64,000 nucleotides of DNA from Heterodontus francisci (Eukaryota): the NCBI RefSeq assembly GCF_036365525.1, contig NW_027140515.1, positions 558,001 through 622,000 of the forward strand, read 5' to 3'. The notes under the pieces are model-generated. The model saw nothing but the letters and a program-made list of their open reading frames with translations. It was not told the origin of the DNA and ran no database searches. Below, one piece after another: positions 41,741-54,187 of this stretch (position 1 is the stretch's first letter; each line of letters opens with the position of its first letter). Made by a program: the position numbers and the translations under genes.

Positions 41741-41869
41741 ACCTGGAGTTGGCTGCCCCGCCGAGCCAACGTTTTGCTGATTCCTCCTTTCCGTGGCTCG
41801 GCATCTGGCTTGAGCGATCCCAGAGCGATCTGTGCCTCCAGCACCGAGGGGAAAGGCACACTCAGATTA
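41741..41869 (-). CDS. LAGE3: LAGE3 exon 2 (NLSVPFPSVLEAQIALGSLKPDAEPRKGGISKTLARRGSQLQV)
   Basis: Pcc1 signature LSVPFP..EA.IA..SL.PD.EP; 129 nt; donor gtaagt; in phase with exons 1 and 3. Confidence 0.9.
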
Positions 41870-42230
41870 CTGGCAGCACCCAGCTGAGGAGCAATGCAGT
41901 GACACAGAGTGAAAGGGGAAGCAGTCCAGTCTGCAGGGGCCATCAGCCCATTTCCCCCGCCCCCGCCCTCCCCAACCCCATAACACCCACAGGGTAGGTA
42001 CAGTACCTCTACTGGTGATGGGAAGCTCACCATCCTGTATGTGGTGTATGTATAGGAAATATCTTTTAACTATTCCTGCAAACTCTCTTCACTGTAACTA
42101 TTCCTGCAAACTCTTTTCACTGCATTAAAAGTAACTTCAAATTATAGTTGAGCATTTCTGGTGCAATGAAACCTTGTCCTATTTTTGAGATATCCCCCCT
42201 CCCCAAAAACAATTGAGTTGTGAGGAAACG

Positions 42231-42530
42231 ACAACTCCCAGCAGGCTGCGGCTCACTAAGCATGCGCAGTAACAAGCCGCCCACAACTCCCAGCAGGCTG
42301 CGGCTCACTAAGCATGCGCAGTAACAGGCCGCCGACAACTCCCAGCAGGCTGCGGCTCACTAAGCATGCGCAGTAACAAGCCGCCGACAACTCCCAGCAG
42401 GCTGCGGCTCACTAAGCATGCGCAGTAACAAGCAGCCGACAACACCCAACAGGATGTGGCTCATTGGGCATGCGCATTAACGATCAGCCGTCAACTCCCA
42501 GGATGCTCTGAGGCACCGCACATGCGCTCT
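42231..42530 (+). promoter_or_regulatory. 52-bp tandem repeat (4 near-perfect + 2 degenerate copies), each with ZNF143-like and NRF1-like motifs
   Basis: ACAACTCCCAGCAGGC at 42231, 42283, 42335 and 42387, with GCATGCGCA in each unit; lies in the CpG island next to LAGE3 exon 1. Confidence 0.6.
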
Positions 42531-42699
42531 CGGCTGTAAACACCATGCCGGAGAGCGCGATCGCAACCTTCCCGTTTGCCGGCCGACGGGGGGAAAAAAA
42601 ACTCTCCCTTCCGTCCCCTTGTTTCCCCACCCGCTTCCCGAGAACTCGCTTTAAAAACTCCGTTTAACCGGGGAGGTGTTGGTGTTGACGAAAGGATAC

Positions 42700-42752
42700 A
42701 ACTGTAGCCGGTTGCCGCCATTAGCAACAGCCGCAGCCACTGTCGCCGCCAT
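42700..42752 (-). CDS. LAGE3: LAGE3 exon 1 (MAATVAAAVANGGNRLQF)
   Basis: ATG lies within AAGATGGCGGC (YY1/Kozak-like); donor GTATCCTTT; phase 2 joins exon 2. The CDS totals 297 nt, or 98 aa. Confidence 0.78.
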
Positions 42753-43309
42753 CTTAGAAGCTGGGAGCGACCATTGACCGTGGGGGGGTGGGGGGAACTA
42801 GTGGGAGATACTATTGTGAGGTGGAAGGGGGGGGAACGTTGTTGGTGGATGAAACGATTGAGGAGGAGGATGTAAATTGGAGTGAGCAACAGGGGAGATA
42901 CCACTGTCGTGGCAGGGGGTACTGGGAGGGGTGCAGGTATGTGAGGAGGGGGAAAAGCGAGGTGATTGGGCAACAGGGCGCCCCCCCCCCCCCATCTCCT
43001 CAACTCCATCCACAGAGGGTGTGGCCATCCAGGAATTCCTGAATCCTTGCCAACAGAGCGGGAAGATCCCGGCTTCCACCCACCACCCCCGCCCCCCCCC
43101 CTCTGTCAGTGCTGGGGCTGGGCAGCAGAGGGCGCCCCAACAGGCCGCAGCATCATTGTAACGTGACATGTTTACATAGGCAGTTTCCATGATCGAGGTT
43201 GACATAGGAATTTATAATGAGGAATGAGGTTGACAGAACAAGCAAACAATATTGTTTACAAACAATACATTATATTATCAAAGACAGACTGTTCTCTTTC
43301 CTGGGGGGG

Positions 43310-43512
43310 GGGGCGTTGTATGTGGACAAATCATTGAAGGTGGCAGGGCAGGTTGAGAAAGTGGTAAATAAAGCAGTCGGGATCCAGAGCTTTATAAATC
43401 GAGGCATAGGGTACAAAAGCAAGGAAGTTATGATAAACCTGTATAAAACACTGGTTCGGTCGCAACTCGAGTATTGTGTCCAGTTCTGGGAACCACACTT
43501 TCAGAAGGACAT
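43310..43512 (+). mobile_element. CR1-type LINE fragment
   Basis: SLKVAGQVEKVV..LYKTLVRSQLEYCVQFW. Confidence 0.8.
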
Positions 43513-44214
43513 CACCGAATGGCCGTTCTCTGTGCTGGAACCAAAACGGGGATAGGTTTGGTCTCTCTCCCAGGGGCATCCGTGAGATGAGAGCAAGGAG
43601 AACATGTGCGGAGCAGGACAGCAGAATTTCGGCACGTTTGTTTTCTCCCTCTCTCTCTCTCTCTCTCTCTGTTACAGTGTTTACCCAGCGCCAGACTTGC
43701 CAATGTGAGATAGACTGGGGCCTCCGTGTTGTGTCTGGAGATAGCCCGTCGAACCGGAGGTCAGTGCCCTGTGTTTTACAGCTCGTCACTCCCAGGGTTG
43801 ACGCAGATCTCCATGCAACGTTGCTGGCTTATCTCTCACTGGTGGAGGGTTTTGCGTCTCCTGTACGTTGGCAGCTTATCGAAGGATTTTCTAAATTGTT
43901 TGTGTCCCACTCACCAGGTCGAGAAATGTTTTTTCTCCAATTCCCTCCCCCGCTTCCCCCTCCCCTGGGCAATTCACTGGGGGTACGGTCAGCTTTGTAT
44001 AATGGGCTGTTATGAGGGTTGAGGTCCAACAGCAGATGAGAGGGAAAGAATCCTTACCCAGAACGTTCATAGATACCCACCCTCTCAGTACATAGCCGCC
44101 TGAAGGGCAGCTGGTTCCGCTGGGACCCCCATCTCCTCAGGAAGAGTCTGTGCCCTCAGGGGAGCAGGAAGACCGATTAAGATTTCATTCAAGGTCCCAG
44201 CCAGAGCTCAGTGG

Positions 44215-47200
44215 AGTCAAGTCCCACTCCAGAGAACTGAGCCCATAATCCAGGCGAACACTTCCCATGCAGTACTGAGGGAGCGCCGCACTGTCGGAGG
44301 GTCAGTACTGAGGGAGTGCCGTACTGTCGGAGGGTCAGTACTGAGGGAGTGCCGTACTGTCGGAGGGTCAGTACTGAGGGAGTGCCGTACTGTCGGAGGG
44401 TCAGTACTGAGGGAGTGCCGTACTGTCGGAGGGTCAGTACTGAGGGAGTGCCGTACTGTCGGAGGGTCAGTACTGAGGGAGTGCTGTACTATCGGAGGGT
44501 CAGTACTGAGGGAGTGCCGTACTGTCGGAGGGTCAGTACTGAGGGAACGCCGCACTGTCGGAGGGTCAGTACTGAGGGAGCACCGCACTGTCGGAGGGTC
44601 AGTACTGAGGGTGTGCCGCACTGTCGGAGGGTCAGTACAGAGGGAGCACCGCACTGTCGGAGGGTCAGTACTGAGGGAGCGCCGTACTGTCGGAGGGTCA
44701 GTACTGAGGGAGCACCGCACTGTCGGAGGGTCAGTACTGAGGGAACGCCTCACTGTCGGAGGGTCAGTACTGAGGGAGCGCCTCACTGTCGGAGGGTCAG
44801 TACTGAGGGAGCGCCTCACTGTCGGAGGGTCAGTACTGAGGGAGCGCCGCACTGTCGGAGGGTCAGTACTGAGGGTGTGCCGCACTGTCGGAGGGTCAGT
44901 ACTGAGGGAACGCCGCACTGTCGGAGGGTCAGTACTGAGGGAGCGCCGCACTGTCAGAGGGTCAGTACTGAGGGAACGCCGCACTGTCGGAGGGTCAGTA
45001 CTGGGGGAGTGCCGCACTGTCAGAGGGTCAGTACTGAGGGAGCGCCGCACTGTCGGAGGGTCTGCACTGAGGGAGCGCCTCACTGTCGGAGGGTCAGTAC
45101 TGAGGGAGTGCCGCACTGTCAGAGGGTCAGTACGGAGGGAGCGCCGCACTGTCGGAGGGTCAGTACTGAGGGAGTGCCACACTGTCAGAGGGTCTGTACT
45201 GAGGGAGCACCGCACTGTCGGAGGGTCAGTACTGAGGGAACGCCGCACTGTCGGAGGGTCAGTACTGAGGGAGCGCCTCACTGTCAGAGGGTCAGTACTG
45301 AGGGAGCGCCGCACTGTCGGAGGGTCAGTACTGAGGGAGCGCCGCACTGTCGGAGGGTCAGTACTGAGGAAACGCTGCACTGTCGGAGGGTCAGTACTGA
45401 GGGTGCGCCGCACTGTCAGAGGGTCAGTACTGAGGGAACGCCGCACTGTCGGAGGGTCAGTACTGAGGAAACGCCGCACTGTCGGAGGGTCAGTACTGAG
45501 GGAGCGCCGCACTGTCTGAGGGTCAGTACTGAGGGAGCGCCTCACTGTCGGAGGGTCAGTACTGAGGGAGTGCCGCACTGTCAGAGGGTCAGTACTGAGG
45601 GAGCGCCGCACTGTCGGAGGGTCAGTACTGAGGGAGCACCGCACTGTCGGAGGGTCAGTACTGAGGGAGCGTCGCACTGTCGGAGAGTCAGTACTGAGGG
45701 AGCGTCGCACTGTCGGAGGGTCAGTACTGAGGAAACGCTGCACTGTCGGAGGGTCAGTACTGAGGGAGCGCCGCACTGTCGGAGGGTCAGTACTGAGGGA
45801 GCGCCTCACTGTCGGAGAGTCAGTACTGAGGGAGCGCCGCACTGTCAGAGGGTCAGTACTGAGGGAGCACCGCACTGCCGGAGGGTCAGTACTGAGGGAG
45901 CACCGCACTGCCGGAGGGTCAGTACTGAGGGAGCGCCTCACTGTCGGAGAGTCAGTACTGAGGGAGCGCCTCACTGTCGGAGAGTCAGTACTGAGGGAGC
46001 GCCGCACTGTCAGAGGGTCAGTACTGAGGGAGCACCGCACTGCCGGAGGGTCAGTACTGAGGGAGCGCCTCACTGTCGGAGGGTCAGTACTGAGGGAGCA
46101 CCGCACTGTCGGAGGGTCAGTACTGAGGGAGCACCGCACTGTCGGAGGGTCAGTACTGAGGGAGCACCGCACTGTCGGAGAGTCAGTACTGAGGCAGCGC
46201 CGCACTGTCGGAGGGTCAGTACTGAGGGAACGCCGCACTGTCAGAGGGTCAGTACTGAGGGAGTGCCGCACTGTCGGAGGGTCAGTACTGAGGGAGCGCC
46301 GCACTGTCAGAGGGTCAGTACTGAGGGAGTGCCGCACTGTCGGAGGGTCAGTACTGAGGGAGCGCCGCACTGTCAGAGGGTCAGTACTGAGGGAGTGCCG
46401 CACTGTCGGAGGGTCAGTACTGAGGGAGTGCCGCACTGTCAGAGGGTCAGTACTGAGGGAGTGCCGCACTGTCAGAGGGTCAGTACTGAGGGAGTGCCGC
46501 ACTGTCAGAGGGTCAGTACTGAGGGAGTGCCGCACTGTCAGAGGGTCACTACTGAGGGAGTGCCGCACTGTCAGAGGGTCACTACTGAGGGAGTGCCGCA
46601 CTGTCAGAGGGTCACTACTGAGGGAGTGCCGCACTGTCAGAGGGTCAGTACTGAGGGAGCGCCGCACTGTCGGAGAGTCAGTAGTGAGGGAGTGCCGCAC
46701 TGTTGGAGGTTCAGTACTGAGGGAGTGCCGCACTGTTGGAGGTTCAGTACTGAGGGAGTGCCGCACTGTTGGAGGGTCAGTACTGAGGGAGCGCCGCACT
46801 GTCGGAGAGTCAGTACTGAGGGAGTGCCTCACTGTCAGAGGGTCAGTACTGAGGGAGCGCCGCACTGTCGGAGGGTCAGTACTGACGGAGTGCCGCGCTG
46901 TCGGAGGGTCAGTACTGAGGGAGTGCCGCACTGTCAGAGGGTCAGTACTGAGGGAGCGCCGCACTGTCGGAGGTGCCATCTTTCAGGATGAGACGATTAA
47001 CCCGAGGCCCCCGTCTGTCCTCTCAGGTGGATGAAAAAGATCCCACGGCCACTATTGGAAGAAGACCGGGGTGGCGGGAGTTCTCCCCGGGACCGATATT
47101 TATCCCTCAACCAACGTCGCTAAAAAAAAGGATAATCTGGGTCATTTATCACATTGCGGTTTGTGGGATCTTGCTGTGCACAAATTGGTTGTCGCGTTTC

Positions 47201-47300
47201 CTGCATCACAACAGTGACCGCACTGCAAAAAAAAAAACTTCCTTTGTGGACCGTGAAGTGTTTTGGAACATCCTGAGCTGGTGACAGGCGCTATTGAAAG
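44215..47300 (+). mobile_element. SacSINE1-like (tRNA head, Deu-domain) SINE with an internally expanded minisatellite
   Basis: 5' part TCAAGTCCCACTCCAGAG..ATAATCCAGG (B-box-like). After the array the sequence resumes GGAGGTGCCATCTTTCAGGATGAGACG..AAAGATCCCA.., which is Deu-domain-like, through an L2-like tail. Family name is from recollection. Confidence 0.7.
44273..46973 (+). repeat. 33-bp minisatellite, ~82 copies
   Basis: Directly visible. Confidence 0.96.
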
Positions 47301-47399
47301 GCAGTGTGTGAGATTGAACCCTGTCAGTATTTGTTCAGCTAGCCAGACGATAACGGTTACACATTAACAGGAGCAGGGTCGTCGCAGTGTCCGAGCGGG

Positions 47400-47816
47400 T
47401 CCTGGACCAATCACAGAGTGAGAAGCCGACAAAACCTCCGAGCGGCGGTCCAATGAGAGGCTGGAATGCGTGTCAGACCCTGACGGAGCCCTTATTAGTC
47501 ATGGGGATGGCCCAGGTACTGGGTTCAGAAACTTGATATAAGGGCGAGTTAATATTCGGCTGCAAAAATCAGGAATTCTCCCGAACGTCGAGTGCACGGA
47601 GCGAGGGAGAGGCAGACTGAGGAAGCAGCGAGAGCAGACCACAGAGGGAGCCTCAGTCCTGGGCGGTGAGCTTTGCAAGCCCACCACTGGAGCCAGCTCT
47701 CCACAGCGTGCTTGTCTCACAAACGACGGAGAAAGAAGAACACACTGATCTCCCGATTGAGGAGCTCTGCACTGAAGTGGAATCCCGTCCTGGGACAGTG
47801 GCAGACTGCCCCTCAG
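47400..47816 (+). promoter_or_regulatory. Candidate promoter and first exon of the KLF15-like gene
   Basis: CCAAT at 47407 and 47450, TATAAG at 47537, and donor TCAG|gtaaac at 47816/17, phase-compatible with the acceptor at 54487/88. Confidence 0.5.
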
Positions 47817-47993
47817 GTAAACACCTTCAGCACATTCAACAGAGGCGGGGATGTGTCACATTTCCAACTGTGGCAAGATAACCAGGAGGTTTACTGATGG
47901 GGACAGTGTAGAGGGAGCTTTACTCTGTATCTAACCCCCGTTTTTTTTTTAAAATAACTTTATTAAAACCAGATAAATAAACAAAAAACTCAA

Positions 47994-50900
47994 ATTAAAA
48001 TGCCATTCTCGGCGTCAACGATGCACTCCAGTCCCTGCGGTGCCCACCGGTCGCGGGAGGTCTCAAGCGTACCGGCGGACACCGCATGCTCCTTCTCCAG
48101 GGACACCGGGGCGCGAACGTAACCGCGGAAGAGGGGCAGGCAATCGGGGAGGACGGAACCCCCTGACGGCCCGCAACCTGGACCTGTGAATTGCCACCTT
48201 GGCCAGGCCCAGGAGCAGACCGACGAGGAGATCCTCCTCCCGGCCCAAGCCCCTCCGCTCCCGGTGCCCAAAGATCAGGAGCGTGGGACTGAAGTGCAGC
48301 CAGAATTTGAGGAGCAGCCCCTTCAGATACTCAAATAGGGGCTGCAACCTCGCACACTCCGTATAAATGTGGAACACGGACTCGTCCAGGCCGCAGAAAG
48401 TACAGCTGGCCTGGGAGGCCGTGAACCTACTTCAAAGCCTATTGCACGGGACTGCTCTGTGCAGCACCCTCCACCCCAGGTCCCGCCGATTGGAATGGCA
48501 CGGAGGGCATTTCTGAGAGGCTGCTCGGGTTGTGCGGGACTGGCTCCCGAGGAGGGTTTTGGGGCCTGGGTCCGATGAGCAGTTCCGGCCGAGCGGGGGC
48601 AGCTCCGCCGGGATCGCTCCGCACTCCGGAGCCCCCTCGCCACCCGCAGTGAGGGGCGTCCCGGGGGTTTCGGCTACTCCTCCGCCCGCCGGACCGTCCC
48701 CGGAGTCGGCCGCCCGGACAGCCGAGGCGCTCTCCTCCGCCGGCGGGGGAGCGCCCTGACTGGAGGCGACCATGTTCCAGACTCGGAATAGATCCCGGTA
48801 AAAGACAGGCAACTCCCTCAGAGAGGCGCGGTTAACGGACTCCACCGGGAGCTGCGTGTCATCTTGAAGGCAGTGACACTGGCGGAAAAAATACGTCGCC
48901 AGCGCACACCATCTGGGAGGACGCTCGACGTACAGGTATCTCTGCAGGGTCCGAAGGCGGAGAGTCGCAGCCTGGGTGCGGACGCACACCAGCGACTGAC
49001 CGCCCTCCTCGATCGGGAGACTCAGGACCGCGGCAGAGACCCAGTGTTTCCTCTTGCCCCAGAAGAAATCGACGAGTTTCTTCTGGATCTTGGTGGCAAA
49101 TACAGGGGGCGGGGCCAAAGTGACCAACCGGTACCACAACATGGAGGCCACCAGTTGGTTTATGACCAACGCTCGGCCCCTGTAGGAAAGCACTCGGAGC
49201 AGTCCTGTCCAGCGCCCCAGCCGAGCGGTGACTTTCGCCTCCAACTCCTGCCAGTTTGCCGGCCAGGCTTCCTCAGCGGGGCTAAGGTGGACTCCCAGAT
49301 AGAGGAGGTGCGTGGTGCTCCACGCAAAAGGTGTCATCTCCTCCGGCAGGGAGTCCACCCGCCACTGACCAACCAGGAGTCCGGAACATTTCTCCCAATT
49401 GAACCTCGCGGAGGACGCGGCAGAAAAGGTCTGCTGGCAGTCGCGCATCCTCCGCAAGTCAACGGGATCTGTGATTGCGAGGAGCACGTCGACGGCGTAA
49501 GCCGAGAGGACGACCCGCATGACCGGCTCGCGCAGAGCCAATCCTGCCAACCTCCTGCGAAGCAGGCACAGGAAGGGCTCCACGCAGATGGTATACAATT
49601 GGCCGGACATGGGGCATCCCTGACGCACTCCTCTCCCAAAGCGAAGGGACGCTGTCAAGGACCCGTTAACTTTGACTAGACACTCTGCGGCGGCGTATAA
49701 AAGTCGGACCCGGGCCACAAAATGCGGCCAGAGTCCGAAAGCGCGCAGAGTCCCGAAAAGGTAATCGTGATCCACCCTGTCGAACGCCTTCTCCTGATCG
49801 AGGGAGAGAAAGGCGACCGACTGACCAGTCCTCTGGGAAAGATGGATCAGGTCCCGGACCAGGTGGATGTTGTCCTGGATGGACCGCCCCGGGACCGTGT
49901 AGGACTGGTCGGGGTGGATCATGTGGGCCAGCACGGAGCCCAGGCGGGTAGACATAGCCCGGGCAAAGATCTTATAATCCGTGCTGAGGAGGAAGACCGG
50001 ACGCCAGTTTTTAAGCAGGTGGAGATTGCCCCTCTTCGGCAGCAGGACGATGACCGCCCTGCGCCACGAGAGGGGCATCTCCCCGGTCGCCAGGCTTTCC
50101 CCCAGGACCCGCGCGTAATCGTCCCCCAGGACGTCCCAGAACGCCCTGAGGAACTCCACGGTCAACCCATCCAGCCCTGGGGATTTGCCCCTCGAGAGCT
50201 GGTGGAGGGCGCCAGTCAGCTCCGCCATCGTGAGCGGAGCCTCCAATCCTTCGGCGCCCTCCGGGCTGACCTGCTGCAGGTCCTCCCACAAAACTCTGCA
50301 CGCATCCTCGCTGGACGGATCCGGAGAGAACAACGCACTGTAATACGTCCGGACCAGGAGGCCCATTCCCTCTGGATCCGTGATGGAGGATCCGTCGTCG
50401 GCCAGCAGTTCGACGAGCTGCTTACGGACCCCCCGCCATTTTTCCAGCGAGTAGAAGAAGGGTGAGGCGCGGTCCAAATCTTCCAGGATCTGGATCCGCG
50501 ACCTCACGAACGTGCCTCGGGACCCTATGAGCTGCAGGTCCCTCTTTGTACGCCTGTCACAGGGCCGGGTCCACGACGGCATGACCGAGGCGGGAGTCCA
50601 AGTCGAGCACCTCCCTCTCAAGGCGCCCAATCTCGGCCTCCCCCGCCTCTTGGTCGACCCCTTCGCGTACTCCTGACAGAAGACACGGATGTGAGTCTTG
50701 CCCACATCCCACCATAGCCTCAAGGAGGGGAAGCCCCCCTGCTTCCTTCTCCAGTCGGCCCAGAATCGACAGAACGAGTCCTGAAATCGCTCGTCCTCCA
50801 GCAGCCGGTTGTTAAAGTGCCAGTACGCGGACCCTGCCCGCGTGCGGAGCGGAGTGAACTCCGCCCACACCAGGAGGTGGTCCGAGCACGGCACCAGCCG

Positions 50901-51542
50901 CATGGAGGCCGCTGAGACGCGGGAGACGTACGCCTGCGAAATGTATAGGCGGTCGATTCGCGACCCCCCTCCTCCAGACCTCCACGTGAAGGCGCTGGAG
51001 TCGGGATGGAGATTCCGCCAGACGTCCACCAAGTTAAGGGAGCTGATCAGTCCCCTCAACTTCTCCACCGACACTTGGCTGCGCTGGGGACCGGAGCGAT
51101 CCCCCACCTCGAGGGTGCAGTTAAAATCCTCCCCGAGGATGATGCACTCGCCGCTATCGATGGAGCTCAAGAGAGCGGACACTTCTTCAAAGAAGCGCGC
51201 TTGCAATGCGCCGGGCCTGGGCGCGTACACGTTCACAAAGTGGAGCGGCACGCTACCCAGGCGAACGGCAAGGTGGAGCAAGCGGCCCGGCACTAGCTCC
51301 TTGACCCCCAAGATCTCCGGCTGAAAAGTCGGGGCCAACAAGATAGCCACCCCACTAGAAATAGGGGTGAGGTGACTCATGTAGACCCCGCCCTGCGGGG
51401 TGGCTTCGTCTCCCGGAACGGTGTGGGTTTCCTGCAGAAAGCTCACTGCGTATCTCCCTTCCCTGAGGACTGAGAGATTGTGAAATCTGCGGTGAGACCC
51501 CCTGCTGCCATTGATGTTGAGGCTGGCTATGGTTATCTTCAT
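47994..51542 (-). pseudogene. Tx1 copy 2 ORF2, defective
   Basis: A 1036-aa open frame, but with RT YADD changed to YAVD, a deletion in the endonuclease (EATPQGG vs EATWLLEWQGG), a compensated frameshift at ~50540-50645, a further frameshift near 48600 and a ~160-bp deletion at ~48483. Confidence 0.88.
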
Positions 51543-51574
51543 GTCAAAGGTACTTAAAACCCGTCACCAACAGC

Positions 51575-53563
51575 TCACTGTGAGGAGGGAGTGGAAGTGC
51601 ACCTGGCCCTCCACTCCCCCAGCAACCCATTGAGGAACACATTAAACCGGCGCCTCTCAACCAGTTTCACGCCCGCGCGCTTGCCCGTTATCTTCAGGGC
51701 AGCACGGACGGACTGGATGATCAGCGCCAGATTCAACCAGCGGTCGAGGGCCAGCTGAACTTTATTGCGGCAGCCCCTGCAAACCGCGAGGAAATCCCGG
51801 AGTTCCGCCGTGGGGATGAGAGGAGATTCGGTGGGAGGCTGAGGGACCCCACCACCTCACTGGCGATGGAATCAAGATCATCCTCCGTGCCCCCCACCGA
51901 ATCCCCATCCTCCTCCGGGTCGTCACCGCCAGCGGCCGACACGCCCACCGCACACTGTGGGGCGGACGTCCCGGCCGCGCCAGCTGGTCCCGCCTCCATC
52001 ACGATCCCACCCCCAGGATCGATGGCGGAGGAGTCCTCTCTGGGTTCTATTGTGAAACTGGATCCTGTAGGCACCAGCGGCCCAGGACCCCCACCTCCGT
52101 CCCCAGGCCAATGAGTGGTCCAGGGGAGACAGAAGTTCCCGACTCTGGAAATCCAGCCGGAGCCGAGACCGGAGGCGGCGAGAGGAGGCCATCTCCCGCT
52201 CCGCCAGCACCCACAGGCCCAGCAGATGGTGCAGCATTCTCGGTTACAACCGGGTCAGGTGTCTCCATGTTGGTGGTGGACTCCGGTTGGGAGGGCCGAC
52301 CCTCTGGGGCCTCACCCTCCCCTTCACTCAGGGCACCCGACCCAGTAGCAGTGGCGGAATGGGCGGCGTCCCCAGGCTCCCCCACCACAAGCAGGGCCCA
52401 ACTTCCTCCTTCAGGAGGGGCTTCAAGTACCGGGGCCTTCCCCTCCCCTCCATCCTGAGGAATAGGGTGCTCCTGCCTGGACTTTGTAGCCTTGGTGGTG
52501 GCAGTAGGGGAAACCTGGGGACCCGAAACAGAAGACAGCTCCCCTCCAACAGATGGGCCCTGCGCCTCAGGGCCCCTCGTTACCTCCGTGGAGGGGTGCC
52601 TTCTCCTCTTTTTTGCACTAGGGCGCAGAGGCTCAGAGACCTCCATGTCATCAGAGGCCTCCGCACCCTCCTTTTTTTTGGTCACCCTGGGCCTGAGCCC
52701 AGCCCTGGGACAGGTGGATTCCATGAGAACGTGCTTTGGGCTGAGCTCAGGCTCGGGTTGTTTCAATGTGTCCAGGGGACGCGCCTCTTGATGTTTCTTT
52801 TGCCTCCGCGTCTTCCTTCCACTCGGACGGGCACTCCCCTCCACAGCCTCCGGAACCAACTGAGCGGTGTCTGTTGGATGTGTGGGGGGAGTGGGAGGAC
52901 CCTGGGCCGCCGAGGTGGAGCTGGCGGCCGGGAGGTTGGGGCAGTTCTTACGAACATGCCCCACCCCCTTGCAGACGTGGCACCGCGCCCTGTCCGAGGT
53001 CCAAAAGACGCGGCAGGCCGTCCCCTGGAACTCCAAATTAAATTGGCCATCCGAGTCCTCCTCCCGCGCCAGCTGCATAAATACCTGGCGGCGGAAGGAG
53101 TAGATTGGAGGCTGTGCTCCCGAAGACCAAGCCGGACTGGGGTGATCCCCGACCTCACCTCCCCCATGTGGTGCAGGTGGGGAAGGAGGAGCTCACTGGG
53201 AATAAAGGGCGGGACGTTTGATAAGATTATCCGCTGCGCAGTGGCCCCTAGAGGGTCCACCGGCAGGAAAGTCCCACCCACAGTGAGCCCTTTACTCAGG
53301 GCCAGGGACACGGCCCGCTCCGTCTTCAAGAAGAACACAGCCTTACCGTACATTTTTGAGGCTGCCACAATGGCCGAGGGGCCGACAACCTCGGCCATTG
53401 ACTTTACGCAGGCCTCTATAGACATATTGGGGTGGGGATAGCTCTTTACCCCATGGCTTTAAGTAATTAATTTAAAAGGTGACGGGGTCACACGGGTGGC
53501 CACAGAGGTTACAGCCGCATAGGTATGAGAAGGCCCTGCCACCGGTGATGATGGGCTTGCCAT
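51575..53563 (-). pseudogene. Tx1 copy 2 ORF1, frameshifted
   Basis: Homologous to copy 1 ORF1 but split over ORFs 52763-53425, 52047-53078 and 51733-52074; retains CHVCKGVGHVRKNC. Confidence 0.85.
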
Positions 53564-54187
53564 GGCTCAAGAGCCAAACCTACCCCCAATTTGCAGGTAA
53601 GCAAGCAAACAAAGAAACCAACTAGGAGGTTTGGGGAGAGGCTGAGGGTATACAGGAAATGGGAAAGACAGGCTGCAAGCGATGACTTTGCTTTTTTTCC
53701 CCCTTAAAGGGTGGTACTCAGAGCACTGTAAACACTTCTGGTCTTCTGGTTGTGGGAGGGGTCTTCACCTGGGTCATCCGAAAGCTGCCCAGGCTCTAGT
53801 TCGATCCTTATGTCTCTATTAGCCAGGCAGCTTCAGCTGACTCAGGCTGGCCAATTGGGGTGGGGAGGGAGCTTCCCTGCAACTTTAGTGCAACTGCACA
53901 GCTCCCTACAGAATTGTATAGCCCCCCACCCCTTGTTCTTCTGGCCTCTTTCACCTCCCACAACAGTCCAAATGAAATGAAAGTTTGGTGCTCGACACCC
54001 ACCTCGAAATACAGCCTTTTTCAAAGTCTTTCCTCCTCTGCAGCAAAAGTTGTTGAAAGGTTTTTTGCAGTTCCCTCCTCAGCTCTCCCTCTCCAGCAGC
54101 AACTGACTGCAGCACTGTCAGCTGCACCTCGTTGAGGCACTCAGTATTCCCAATCAGAGAGGAGCCAATCCCCGTTTTTTTTTTTTT

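Larger units (their letters stand above)
47941..54169 (-). mobile_element. Full-length Tx1-group non-LTR retrotransposon, copy 2
   Basis: Collinear with copy 1. Poly(A) is T10 at 47941-47950, shortly after AATAAA, and the 5' terminus (ATTGGCT...) is the same as in copy 1. Confidence 0.93.

Noticed and set aside
43476-44015. 179-aa ORF with a strong acceptor at ~43677
   Set aside because: It begins in a CR1 fragment and has no recognisable homology; at most a non-coding exon.
44217-46991. 891-aa and 920-aa repeat proteins, or a CRISPR-like array
   Set aside because: Head-to-tail 33-bp units with no unique spacers and no cas genes, in a eukaryotic SINE context.
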